From Nitrospinales bacterium (GTDB lineage: Bacteria; Nitrospinota; Nitrospinia; Nitrospinales; VA-1), in NCBI GenBank assembly GCA_965223345.1, contig CBDCWG010000012.1, forward strand, positions 608,001-672,000: DNA of 64,000 bases, given 5' to 3'. Of the stretch, positions 21,084-30,938 are shown piece by piece. How positions within the stretch are numbered: the stretch's first letter is position 1; each line of letters starts with the position of its first letter. The position numbers and the translations under genes were made by a program. Below the pieces are notes generated by a model. It saw only the letters and a program-made list of their open reading frames with translations. It was not told the DNA's origin and did not search any database.

Positions 21084-22610
21084 CTATTCCGAAATGAGGA
21101 AGTGGGCCCTGCGGTTCTGGTACCAGCAGATTTCGTTGCTTTCGGTGCAGAAGGGCCGCTCTTCGCCGTAACTGATGGTGCGGATCCGGCTCGCATCGAT
21201 CCCCAGAGATATCAGGTAGGATTTCGCCGACTGCGCGCGCCTTTCGCCAAGGCTGATGTTGTACTCGTTGCTGCCGCGCTCGTCGCAATGCCCCTCGATT
21301 TCGATTTTGTACTGCGTGAACGATTTCAGATACTCTGCGTTTTTCTTCAGGTTCTTGCGCGACTTGTCGTCCAGGTCGTAGCGATCGAACGCGAAAAAAA
21401 TGTCCTGCAGGTGGTCGGTGGAACGGTAAGGCAAAAAGCGCCGGGCTTCTTCCTGCTCCTGAGGAACGATCACACGGCTTTCTTCGACGAACGTCTCGGC
21501 GCTGAACGAGCCGGTGGAACCGTCGCCCGGCATCCCCTGTTCCGCGCTGCCGAAATCCGGGCCGGGACCGGGTTTCTCGTATCCACGGGGAAGCTCCGCC
21601 ACTTCACCCACTTCATCGATGCTTTCTTCGCGCAAAAACTCGCCTGCCGGTTGCGAATCGCCATCGGCTGACTCTGCGGCCAGGCCGCCTTCCCCCGCAC
21701 TGTCGAACGGCAGGGCGCTGTACGAACCGGTGGAACCGTCGCCGGGCATCCCCTGTTCCGCACTGCCGAAATCCGGGCCGGGACCGGGTTTTTCATAGCC
21801 ACCGGCAATGCCCTCTTCGACAACCTCGATGCCGGGCTGCGCGTCCGCCGATGCGGATTTACTCAGAGAGTCGCTCGACGGGGCTCCCCCATCCGGTCCA
21901 CTGAAAGGCTGGGCGCTGAACGAACCGGTGGAGCCATCACCCGGCATCCCCGGCGCCGCACTGCCAAAATCGCGGCCCGAGCCCGGTTGCCCGCCCGCAT
22001 CGCCACCGGCGAACGGCTCGGCGCTGAACGAACCGGTGGAGCCATCACCCGGCATCCCCGGCGCCGCACTGCCGAATTCGCGGCCCGAGCCCGGTTGCCC
22101 GCCCGCATCGCCACCGGCGAACGGCTCGGCGCTGAACGAACCGGTAGAACCGTCACCCGGCATCCCCGGCGCTGCACTGCCAAAATCGCGGCCCGAGCCC
22201 GGTTGCCCGCCCGCATCGCCACCGGCGAACGGCTCGGCGCTGAACGAACCGGTAGAACCGTCACCCGGCATCCCCGGCGCTGCACTGCCAAAATCGCGGC
22301 CCGAGCCCGGCTGCCCGCCCGCATCGCCGCCGGCGAACGGCTCGGCGCTGAACGAACCGGTGGAACCATCGCCCGGCATCCCCCGGTCCACGCTGCCGAA
22401 ATCGCGGCCGGCGCCGGCTTCGGTTTTTCCTTCCGCGCCTGAGGTGGACGCCACCGGGCCGAAATTGTCATCGATTTGTTCGAGGGTGTTGCTTCCAAAA
22501 CGGGAATCCGCGTCTGCACCCTCCCCGGGCATGAGGTTTTTGGAACACCCGCTGGCAAAGACGAGGCAGAGGATCGCTGCGATGCAAAAATTCTGTTTCG
22601 ACAGGTTCAT
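21084..22610 (-). CDS. Pal-like peptidoglycan-associated lipoprotein with a long repeat linker
   Basis: Lipobox FASGC; C-terminal OmpA-like domain (IFFAFD, IEGHCDERGSNEYNISLGERRA, SYGEERP, NRRA). Confidence 0.88.
   Translation of the reverse strand: MNLSKQNFCIAAILCLVFASGCSKNLMPGEGADADSRFGSNTLEQIDDNFGPVASTSGAEGKTEAGAGRDFGSVDRGMPGDGSTGSFSAEPFAGGDAGGQPGSGRDFGSAAPGMPGDGSTGSFSAEPFAGGDAGGQPGSGRDFGSAAPGMPGDGSTGSFSAEPFAGGDAGGQPGSGREFGSAAPGMPGDGSTGSFSAEPFAGGDAGGQPGSGRDFGSAAPGMPGDGSTGSFSAQPFSGPDGGAPSSDSLSKSASADAQPGIEVVEEGIAGGYEKPGPGPDFGSAEQGMPGDGSTGSYSALPFDSAGEGGLAAESADGDSQPAGEFLREESIDEVGEVAELPRGYEKPGPGPDFGSAEQGMPGDGSTGSFSAETFVEESRVIVPQEQEEARRFLPYRSTDHLQDIFFAFDRYDLDDKSRKNLKKNAEYLKSFTQYKIEIEGHCDERGSNEYNISLGERRAQSAKSYLISLGIDASRIRTISYGEERPFCTESNEICWYQNRRAHFLISE
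21913..22409. repeat. 108-bp (36-aa) tandem repeat, about 4.6 units, within the Pal-like gene
   Basis: GCGCTGAACGAACCGGT recurs at 21913, 22021, 22129, 22237 and 22345; two further diverged copies near 21500-21590 and 21715-21800. Confidence 0.95.
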
Positions 22611-23341
22611 GATCTGAGAAAGCAAGTTGGATGAATCCTTCGTTTCCGTAATCCGGAGCCGCATTCTCGGATGCAGCTCTCACTTGCGCACAGCATACTA
22701 AAAACAGCGGTGTGCTTTCCACCTGTGTTTTCGATTATTTACCGGTTCCCCGCGGCTCTGCGCGCGGGTTCAAACGGCGGATTTGCGGGGTGGGAAACGC
22801 ATTCACTTTAAAAACAAGGTGAATACATGCTCAGTTCATCTTAATCCCTGCATGTCACAGCCGATGCGTTGCTCACCCGTCTCTATAATAAGGAAGTTTT
22901 TTTATCTCAAATCCGGACTGCGTCCGGCCGCACCGGTTCGCATATGCGCTCCAGCCGGAGCGGACCCCAGTCCGCCCCGGCGCACGGGTGCGGTGAATAT
23001 CCCCGTTTCGATACTCTGCGCCGGCTCGATGCAGCGAAAAACTTTGTTTTTTTTGGCCGGAAAAGATCAAGGAAACAGCATTCTTTCCGATACTTAATGA
23101 GGAACCCTTGATCGCCAAAGGCCGGAAAATCAAGGGTTCCAGACCCTTTTTCAGGCTCACGACTCCCGGACACGCCCCGCATGGATGGGCCCCCCAACCT
23201 TGACACCGACATCCCGGGGCCCTCTTTATGATTTGAAATTCCGGATTTTATGGTATCCTAAAAGTACCCCGACACAGACAGCAATCTTTTTATTTTCAAC
23301 CACTTATTTGACTTATCGGACAACCGATTCCGATCGATACG

Positions 23342-23791
23342 ATGACCCTTGTGACGCAGACATTCACGATCCTGATCGCAGAAGACGACGAAGACGATTA
23401 CCTGTTGACGCTGGAAGCGTTGAAGGAAGCCGGGGTCAACAATGAAATCCGTTGGGTTAAAGACGGAGAAGAGTTGTTGGATTCCTTAAAGGCATCGTCG
23501 AACGGAGGCAACGGTTCCGGTTTTCCCGGCATGATCCTGCTGGATCTGAACATGCCGAAAAAGGACGGCCGGGAGGTTCTGGAAGAACTCAAAACCAACC
23601 GGAACTACCGCAGAATCCCCGTCATCGTCATGACCACCTCCAGCGCGGAAACGGACATCGCCCTTTCCTACGAACTGGGGGTCAACTCCTTCATTCAGAA
23701 ACCGGTTCACTTTCAGGAACTGGTGAAAGTATTCCAGACTCTGTCACACTACTGGTTTGAAACGGTGAAGCTGCCCCAGACGACCCACTGA
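23342..23791 (+). CDS. Single-domain response regulator (Rcp1-like)
   Basis: AEDD, LLDLNMPKKDGREVL, SYELGVNSFIQKP motifs. Confidence 0.92.
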   Translation: MTLVTQTFTILIAEDDEDDYLLTLEALKEAGVNNEIRWVKDGEELLDSLKASSNGGNGSGFPGMILLDLNMPKKDGREVLEELKTNRNYRRIPVIVMTTSSAETDIALSYELGVNSFIQKPVHFQELVKVFQTLSHYWFETVKLPQTTH

Positions 23792-23796
23792 CCGTC

Positions 23797-25056
23797 ATGA
23801 TCGAGCAACCGCTGAAAATCCTGATCGTCGAAGACGACGAAGACGATATCTTTCTGATCCGGGATTTCATCCGCGAAGGCATTCAGGACCCCACCCCCGG
23901 CATCGACCACACCTCCAGCTACGAAGACGCTGTTGCCAAACTGGAAGACAGCGACTACGATATCTGTATGTGCGACTATCGCCTGGGAGCGATGGACGGG
24001 ATTGCGCTGATCAAAAACCTGCGCGCCCGCAACGTGAAGATCCCCATCATCGTTCTGACCGGGCAGGGGGATCAGGAAGTGGCGGTGGAGGCGATGAAAG
24101 CGGGCGCCACCGATTACCTGACCAAGGGGAAGCTCTCTCCGGAAACGCTGTCGCATGCGATCCGTTATTCGTTGAAACTGCACCGGGAAGCCTCGCGCCG
24201 CAAGCAGACCGAACAGATGCTGAAAAAATCGCATCAGGATCTGGTGCGCGCCAACAACGACCTGAAAGAGTCGATGGCCAAGCTGAAATCGGCGCAGAAG
24301 CAGATCCTGCAATCGGAAAAGCTCGCGGGCATCGGCCGGCTGGCCGCCGGAGTGTGCCACGAAATCCTCAACCCGCTCAACATCATCTCCGGCCACGCCC
24401 AGGCCCTTTTGATGGAACGAGATGGGGACACCCCGCTGATGGACGACCTGTTCTCCATCACCGAGGAGATCCAGAGGATCGAAAAAATCATCTCCGGGCT
24501 GCTCAAGTTTTCCCGCAAAGGCGACGTGGAACTCACCCAGACCAACATCAATCAGGAACTGGACTCGGTGCTTTCGATCATCGAGAAGGAAATGAGCCTG
24601 GAGGGCATCGAGGTGGTGCGCGAATTCTGCGAAGAGTTGCCCAGTCTCTACCTCGACAACGACCGCATCCGCCAGGTTTTCCTCAACATCATCAACAACG
24701 CCAAATACGCGATGTCGGGCGGCGGCGTCTTCACAGTGCGCACGCAGGTGATCGCCAATAGCCGGGAAAACGGCGTTCAGGCCAACGGCGATTCCCCGCT
24801 TTCAAGTGAACGGCATCTGCGCATCGAATTCACCGACACGGGAACCGGCATCAAGAAAGAACATCTGGGAAAAATCTTCGATCCCTTCTTCACCACCAAA
24901 CCGGAAGACAAGGGCACCGGCCTGGGGCTTTCGGTGTCCTACTCCATCATCGAGAAGCACGGCGGGACACTCGAAGTGGAGAGCGACGGCAAGACCGGCA
25001 CCACTTTCATCATCGAGCTGCCGCTCAATCAGGAGGAAGTCGAACTCACATCGTGA
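23797..25056 (+). CDS. Hybrid receiver-histidine kinase
   Basis: N-terminal REC domain; H box HEILNPL; N box; DTGTG, FDPFFTTK, GTGLGL. Confidence 0.93.
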   Translation: MIEQPLKILIVEDDEDDIFLIRDFIREGIQDPTPGIDHTSSYEDAVAKLEDSDYDICMCDYRLGAMDGIALIKNLRARNVKIPIIVLTGQGDQEVAVEAMKAGATDYLTKGKLSPETLSHAIRYSLKLHREASRRKQTEQMLKKSHQDLVRANNDLKESMAKLKSAQKQILQSEKLAGIGRLAAGVCHEILNPLNIISGHAQALLMERDGDTPLMDDLFSITEEIQRIEKIISGLLKFSRKGDVELTQTNINQELDSVLSIIEKEMSLEGIEVVREFCEELPSLYLDNDRIRQVFLNIINNAKYAMSGGGVFTVRTQVIANSRENGVQANGDSPLSSERHLRIEFTDTGTGIKKEHLGKIFDPFFTTKPEDKGTGLGLSVSYSIIEKHGGTLEVESDGKTGTTFIIELPLNQEEVELTS

Positions 25057-26381
25057 CCGACGCCGCACGGCATCCCGGCAAAAAACGATGGGGCCTGCGC
25101 ATGCGATTGCGCTTGATCACATACGGTCTGCTCGCCCTCTGGCTCACGGATTACTTTCTCATCCAGCCCCAGCGCCTCACCGCCGACAAACTCCCCACGC
25201 CACAGGCAGAACTCAAACCGCTCGTCGAACGACTCAAACAGCACACGCATTATCTCGCTTCCGAGGAACTCAAGGGCCGCGCACCGGGCACGCCGGAAAA
25301 CGCGCAGGCGGCGGAGTACATCCTCAACGCGTTTCAGGACATGGCCCTGGCATCGCCGGCTCCCGATGGAACGATGCTGCAGGAAATTTCAGACGGGCTG
25401 GGCCACAACGTGTTCGCCGCGCTGCCCGGTTTCGACCCCGCGCGCGACTGGCTGCTTCTGGGCGCGCATTTCGACCACCTCGGCGAATGGGAAGGCAAAA
25501 CCTACCTGGGGGCCGACGACAACGCCTCGGCGGTGGCGATCCTGCTGGAAACGGCGCACAAACTTTCCAAGACGGGTGCGTTCCAGCGCTACAACGTGCT
25601 GTTCGTGGCGTTCAACGCGGAGGAGTCGCCGTATTTTCTCACCGCAAAGATGGGCTCGTTCCAGTTTTACAACCGCATCGAGACCACCGGCATCGATCCC
25701 AAACGCATCCGGCTCGCCATCATCATGGACCTGATGGGCGGGGTTTTCTGGAAGCCGCTTCAGGACACGCTGTTCGTGCTGGGTGCGGAGAAAACCCCGG
25801 CGCTCAAACCGCTCGTCGATGCGGTGCGCGTGCCCACGCTCGATGTGCGGCGTCTGGGCATGTCGATGATCGAAAACGTTTCCGGCACCGGCGGGCTGGC
25901 GTTCAGCGACTACCAGGTGTTCCGCATCCACGCCATCCCCTACCTGTTTTTGAGCAGCGGGCGCACGCCGCATTACCACCGCGACCACGACACCGTGGAA
26001 ACGCTCCACCACAACCGCATGGCGAAAACCGTGCTGTGGCTGGAGGATCTGCTGCAAAAGCTGGACGGCTTTGAAGGTCCGTGGACCTACAAATGGCGCG
26101 GCGAGGATTACGAAACCGACTATGAGTCCATTTCGCCTTTGATCGAATGGGCCGCCGACTGGAACACAAAAATCCCGCAGACCGGCTGGTTCAGTCTGTA
26201 CCGTGTCAAGCAGGATCAAAAACGCATGCAGGCCATCGCGGAAAAACTCGAAGCGGGCGCAGCGCTCGACGATAACGACGCCGCCGCCCTGCAGCTTGCC
26301 TCCATCCGCATCCAGTGCCTGCTGGGAAAGATGGGCCCGTGCTTTTTACTGCCGGAAGGCACCGACGACACGGGCGATTGA
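25053..26381 (+). CDS. M28-family metallopeptidase, membrane-anchored
   Basis: GAHFDHLG, GADDNAS, FNAEE, SDY, YH..DT motifs. Confidence 0.88.
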   Translation: MTDAARHPGKKRWGLRMRLRLITYGLLALWLTDYFLIQPQRLTADKLPTPQAELKPLVERLKQHTHYLASEELKGRAPGTPENAQAAEYILNAFQDMALASPAPDGTMLQEISDGLGHNVFAALPGFDPARDWLLLGAHFDHLGEWEGKTYLGADDNASAVAILLETAHKLSKTGAFQRYNVLFVAFNAEESPYFLTAKMGSFQFYNRIETTGIDPKRIRLAIIMDLMGGVFWKPLQDTLFVLGAEKTPALKPLVDAVRVPTLDVRRLGMSMIENVSGTGGLAFSDYQVFRIHAIPYLFLSSGRTPHYHRDHDTVETLHHNRMAKTVLWLEDLLQKLDGFEGPWTYKWRGEDYETDYESISPLIEWAADWNTKIPQTGWFSLYRVKQDQKRMQAIAEKLEAGAALDDNDAAALQLASIRIQCLLGKMGPCFLLPEGTDDTGD

Positions 26382-26438
26382 CCGACCGCAACGGACTGCG
26401 ACGTCCGCTATCCTCTTTTGATTTTCGATAAAAATTTT

Positions 26439-27959
26439 TTAACGCAGAAAATCCAGCAGGCTGGGTTGCAATATTCTCGCTGTGGTGTTGAGGGTGGCGT
26501 TGAGGGCGAGTTCCAATGCCGCCAGTTCGGAGGCGGCCTTGATGGGATCGGAGTCTTCCGTGTTGGAGAGTTGCAGATTCTGATCGACGATGTCCTGATC
26601 GAGCACCGTGTCGGTGGCTTCGACGCGCCTGAGCGACGCGCCGACGATGGCGCGCGATTCGTTGACCGAGTCGAGTCCTTTGTCCAGGTTCTCCAACGTC
26701 GCCAGGATGGCGGCGGGATCGTTGGCCGCCAGCGCGCGCTGCAACTGGATCAGCGTTTCGAGCACGTTGCGCCCGCCCCCCAGTCCGAGGTCGGCGGCGG
26801 TGGTGCCGGTGCCGATGTCGTTCGCCACGGCGACGGTGGTCGGGTCGTTGGAAACGATGCTGAGCGCATTGCCCTGGCTGTTGATGCTGGCGGTGACGTT
26901 GGTGCCCGATGCGTTGATCAGGCTCAGGACATCGCCCACGGTGGTGGCGGAACTCAGGGTGACGGTCGCCGAAGCCGCGCCGTTGGTGAGCTTGATGTCG
27001 TTGAGGGCGAGCCCGGCGCCGTCGTTGAGATCGGCGATCAGCGTGGAACTCGTCAGAAAGCCGTTGATGTCGCGGCCGACGATATTGCCGTCGCGCTGCC
27101 CCGCAATGCCGAGACTGGAGGCGGTGCTGCCGCCGGAAACTTCGGTGACGCTCAGAGCCTGCGTGATCACGCTGCTGCTGTCGGTGAGGGTGAGTCCGTT
27201 GCGGCCGCTGTTGAGCGCCGCGGTGACGTTGAGCCCCGCGGAATTGATGGCCGAGATCACGCCGCCGACGGTCGCGCCGGCGCTCACGGTGATGGTGGCG
27301 CTGTTGCCGCTGCGGTCGGTGATGTTGAACTGACCGGCCGGCACGCCGGCGCCGCCGTTCAGGTCCGAGAGCAGCGTCGAGGTGGTGATGAGCGGGTTGA
27401 GATCGGTGCCGAACACCTCGGAGCCGGGGAGCGTGACGCCCACGCGGATGTCGCGCTCGATCTCGATGTTGATGCGGTCGGTGTCGCCCAGGTACACCGC
27501 CCCGGACGCGCTGGTCTGGAAAGGCGGCGTGCGCGTCTTGCTGCCACCGAAGATGTAGATGTTCTTGATCTGGGTGTTGGCCGCTTCCAGAACCTGCGAG
27601 ACAAGCTTCTCGGTTTCGGCGGCGGCGAAACTGCGGGTCTGCGCGGTGGCGGTGCCGCCGAGTTCGCTGATGGCCAGTTCCTTGGCGCGCGTCAGCGCGA
27701 GGCTCGCCGACTGCAAAGCGGAATCGGAACTTTGTATGAAGATGCGGTTGTTGTCGATGTTGCGGATGAACTGCTGCGCCTGCCCGATGCCGGTGCGCAA
27801 TGCGAGGGAGTCGCGGATGCCCGAAGGGTCGTCGGAGGGCTTGCTGATGCGCTTGCCGGAGGCGATCTCGGTCTGCGCCTTGAACAGGTCTTCCGTGATG
27901 CGGAAGATGTTGCTCAGTACCGTGCTGCGGATCGCCTGACTGGTTACCCGTTCGACCAT
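26439..27959 (-). CDS. flgL: Flagellar hook-associated protein 3
   Basis: ASGKRISKPSDDP at the N-terminus, SLLDFLR at the C-terminus; follows flgK. Confidence 0.92.
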   Translation of the reverse strand: MVERVTSQAIRSTVLSNIFRITEDLFKAQTEIASGKRISKPSDDPSGIRDSLALRTGIGQAQQFIRNIDNNRIFIQSSDSALQSASLALTRAKELAISELGGTATAQTRSFAAAETEKLVSQVLEAANTQIKNIYIFGGSKTRTPPFQTSASGAVYLGDTDRINIEIERDIRVGVTLPGSEVFGTDLNPLITTSTLLSDLNGGAGVPAGQFNITDRSGNSATITVSAGATVGGVISAINSAGLNVTAALNSGRNGLTLTDSSSVITQALSVTEVSGGSTASSLGIAGQRDGNIVGRDINGFLTSSTLIADLNDGAGLALNDIKLTNGAASATVTLSSATTVGDVLSLINASGTNVTASINSQGNALSIVSNDPTTVAVANDIGTGTTAADLGLGGGRNVLETLIQLQRALAANDPAAILATLENLDKGLDSVNESRAIVGASLRRVEATDTVLDQDIVDQNLQLSNTEDSDPIKAASELAALELALNATLNTTARILQPSLLDFLR

Positions 27960-28003
27960 GACCTATCGCCTCGACTCAATGATATTGCTGAAATAAAAAA
28001 TGT

Positions 28004-29683
28004 TCACGTCCGGTTGATGAGCGTGTCGAACAATTCCTCGACGGTGCTGATGAGCCGCGCCGAAGCGTTGAACGCCTGCTGGAACTTGATCAGCCGGATC
28101 ATCTCTTCATCGATGGACACGCCGGAAATGCTTTCGCGCCTATTGTTGAGCTGCAGCAGCACGCCTTCCTGCTGCGCCACCGAAGCCTGCGCCGACTGCG
28201 ACTGCACGCCGATGGCGCCGACGATGGCGTTGTAGAACTCGTCGAAGGTGAACGCGCCGGATCCCGATTGCAGCGTCACGCTGTTGAAGGTGAGTTCGTT
28301 CTGCAGGTCCGCCAGATCGAGCGCGTTGGCGCCGTCGCCGTTGGTGGTCTCGCCGGCGGCGATCTTGCTCGAGTCGGTAGAAACAGCGCTGGACACCGCG
28401 ATCGTCGCCGCGGCGTTTTCGGACACGGAGAACGTGAAGCGGTCGCCGGCGGCGCCCGATCCCGTGATGGTGACCGCAAACCCGCCCGCCAGGTTGAAGG
28501 CGCTGCCGGGTGTGAAGGTGAAGGTTCCGGAGGCGAATCCCGTGGTCAGGTTGTTGAGGGTGAATGCGTTCGCGCCGGTGAACGCCAGCTCGTACTCGTC
28601 CACCGAGACCGTAGTGGGGCTGGCGTTCTGCACCGATACGACGGCGCTGCCCGTGTTGTTGATGTCGGTGAACACGGTGGGGTTGAGCGGCTCGAAAAAA
28701 TTGACGCCGGTGCTGCCGTTGAGTCCGAAGCCCTGCTGGTGCACGCGGTTGAACTCCTGCACTAAGCCCGCCGCCAGGCGGTTGAGTTTTTCCAGCACGC
28801 CGGCCACTTCCACATCGCGCATGTCCAGGTAACCGCGCAGGCCGCCGCCCTGCAGGGTGCTGGTGATGTTGCGCGTGCCGCCCGCGCCGTCGCTGATGAA
28901 CACGTCGAGAAACGAATTGTTGTTGCCGTTGAGCCCGGTGCTCAAGGAGAACACGGTGTCCTTCAGCAGCAGCGGCGTGCCGTCGCGCAGCGTCAGGCTG
29001 ATCTGCCCGTCCGATTCGTTGACGAAGCTGATGTCGAGCTTTTCGGATAGTTCCTTGACGAGCACGTCGCGCTTGTCGCGCAGGTCGTTGGCGGCAAACT
29101 CGCCCGATTCGCTGCCGAAGATGGCCTTGTTGAGCTTGGCGATCTCGCTGGTGAGCGAGTTGATCTCGCTGATCTCGTCGCTGATGATGGCGTCGAGGTC
29201 GCGCTGCAGCGTGAACAATCCGTCTCCCAGCGTGTTGAACACCGAGGTGAGCGATTGCGCCTGCCCGAGGATGGCCGCCCGTTCGGGCAAACCGCGCGGA
29301 TTGGTGGAGAGATCCTGAAACCCGGCGAAGAACTGGCTGAACTCGCTGTTGAGGCTTCTGCCCTGGTTTTCGTTGAACAGCAGCTCCAGCTGGTCGAACA
29401 CGTCCTTGCGCACCTTGAAGTTTCCGGTCGGGTCGCCTTCGGCGAGGATCTGCAGGAACAGGAACTGGTCGGACACCCGCTCGATGCCGCTGACGCGCAC
29501 GCCCGTTCCCAGCTCCCCCTGGGCGACGGTGCGCGGCGTGTTGGCCGTGAGGATCACGTCCTGACGCGAGTACCCCTCGGTCTCGACGTTGGCGATGTTC
29601 TGGCCGGTCACCTCGATGGCGAGCTGCTGGGACAAAAGCCCCAGCTTGGCCGTGTTCAGGATGCTGAAAATATTTGACGACAT
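28004..29683 (-). CDS. flgK: Flagellar hook-associated protein 1
   Basis: VTGQNIANVETEGYSRQ, NDLRDKRD, SGVSIDEEM motifs. Confidence 0.95.
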   Translation of the reverse strand: MSSNIFSILNTAKLGLLSQQLAIEVTGQNIANVETEGYSRQDVILTANTPRTVAQGELGTGVRVSGIERVSDQFLFLQILAEGDPTGNFKVRKDVFDQLELLFNENQGRSLNSEFSQFFAGFQDLSTNPRGLPERAAILGQAQSLTSVFNTLGDGLFTLQRDLDAIISDEISEINSLTSEIAKLNKAIFGSESGEFAANDLRDKRDVLVKELSEKLDISFVNESDGQISLTLRDGTPLLLKDTVFSLSTGLNGNNNSFLDVFISDGAGGTRNITSTLQGGGLRGYLDMRDVEVAGVLEKLNRLAAGLVQEFNRVHQQGFGLNGSTGVNFFEPLNPTVFTDINNTGSAVVSVQNASPTTVSVDEYELAFTGANAFTLNNLTTGFASGTFTFTPGSAFNLAGGFAVTITGSGAAGDRFTFSVSENAAATIAVSSAVSTDSSKIAAGETTNGDGANALDLADLQNELTFNSVTLQSGSGAFTFDEFYNAIVGAIGVQSQSAQASVAQQEGVLLQLNNRRESISGVSIDEEMIRLIKFQQAFNASARLISTVEELFDTLINRT

Positions 29684-29705
29684 AAAAACTCAGCGCGGCG
29701 AAGAT

Positions 29706-30209
29706 TCAGACATCGAGGCTCAGCATTTTTCCCTGCGGCTTGGCCTCGGGAATCCTGCCGTTGGCGCGGTACGGCGTGGACGCGGCCTCGACGGTGGAAT
29801 GGATGAACGCCATCGAGCGTTTCATCGACAAGGACGAATGGTCCATCAGCCCTTTGATGCGCTCGTGCAGCTCGTTGATGGTGGCGATCTGCGCCAGCAG
29901 CGTTTCCCGGCGTTCGGCGAGCTGTTCGCCGATCGGGTCCTGCGTCATCTGGATCAGGTTTTTCAGCGTCAGGCCGGGGCGGGTGACGCACAGTTTTTCC
30001 TCGATCTTCTGCATCAGCCGGGAACGGTCTCTTTCCAGGATCTGCATCTGATCCACCAGACCTTCTTTTTTATCCATGATCTGCTGCAGCGATTCCAGCG
30101 AGTACTCCGTGATGCAGGTCCACTGTTCCTCGAGCAGACGGATGAAACGGTCGTAAAGGTCGATTTTCTTTTCGATCAATGCTTTCAGATCCTGCAGGTG
30201 CCTGTTCAT
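29706..30209 (-). CDS. flgN: FlgN-family flagellar export chaperone
   Basis: Helical protein immediately upstream of flgK, with C-terminal Y..G motif. Confidence 0.8.
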   Translation of the reverse strand: MNRHLQDLKALIEKKIDLYDRFIRLLEEQWTCITEYSLESLQQIMDKKEGLVDQMQILERDRSRLMQKIEEKLCVTRPGLTLKNLIQMTQDPIGEQLAERRETLLAQIATINELHERIKGLMDHSSLSMKRSMAFIHSTVEAASTPYRANGRIPEAKPQGKMLSLDV

Positions 30210-30631
30210 CGTTCAACCTCCTTCGGTTGTGCCAGCGTGAATGACGTTGCTTCTGTCCCCGCCTGCCGCTTCCCCTCTTCCGCCGGCCCGCTCTCGCTGT
30301 CCCCGCGCAGACGGCTGAACTGGTTGTACAAGGCGTCGGCCAGGCCGATTCCCCTGGCTTCGGACACCTTCGCCGCCACTTCCTCATCGAACAGGGACTG
30401 GTACATGTCGCCGGAAAAACTCCGCATGAGTTCCGACTTCGGCACCGTCTGCCGCATTTCCTTGAGGAGCAGGTTCACGAAGATCGACTCGAATTTCTTG
30501 GCGAGGCTTTTGAGCTCGGCGTCGTCTTTTTTCCCGACCGAGTCGGCCTCGCGCGCGAGTTGGCCGATCCTGTTATCCTGCATGCGGGACAAGGCGTTGT
30601 GCTGTGAGCCTGTGGGAGAGAGGTATTCCAT
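30206..30631 (-). CDS. flgJ: FlgJ-like rod-binding protein without a muramidase domain
   Basis: AKKFESIFVNLLLKEMRQTVP..GIGLADALYNQ motif. Confidence 0.85.
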   Translation of the reverse strand: MEYLSPTGSQHNALSRMQDNRIGQLAREADSVGKKDDAELKSLAKKFESIFVNLLLKEMRQTVPKSELMRSFSGDMYQSLFDEEVAAKVSEARGIGLADALYNQFSRLRGDSESGPAEEGKRQAGTEATSFTLAQPKEVER

Positions 30632-30684
30632 ATCAACCCGATAGCGTTAAAAACTACAAAGATTTACACCTGGAACCGATCTAT

Positions 30685-30700
30685 TGCACACGATGTGCCA
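30685..30700 (-). promoter_or_regulatory. Putative sigma54 promoter for flgJNKL
   Basis: Minus strand TGGCACATCGTGTGCA (GG-N10-GC), about 55 bp upstream of flgJ. Confidence 0.7.
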
Positions 30701-30938
30701 AATACAGGCGTTTTCATCCCGCCCCCAGCGCCCCCGCAATAACCCCCGAATTCTAAAAGATTATTCAAACCCAGGCGGGCCCCCGAGCCCATATCGCCCC
30801 CGATCCACCGGTGCGAAACGCCTGCAAGACGCAGCCTGGCGCACGCGCAAAAGGGAAAAATTTTCCCCTTGCGGCAAATACCGGCCGCGCAACGGCTTCC
30901 CGGGATTGAGAGGTAAAAACGGCCGCCAGGAGCGCGGC

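Noticed and set aside
21500..22409. Regularly spaced repeats as a CRISPR array
   Set aside because: Units are 108 bp, in frame within a CDS, have no unique spacers, and no cas genes are present.
23101..23220. 6S RNA or a riboswitch
   Set aside because: Could not fit the 6S end-to-end rod with central bubble or any riboswitch consensus by eye.
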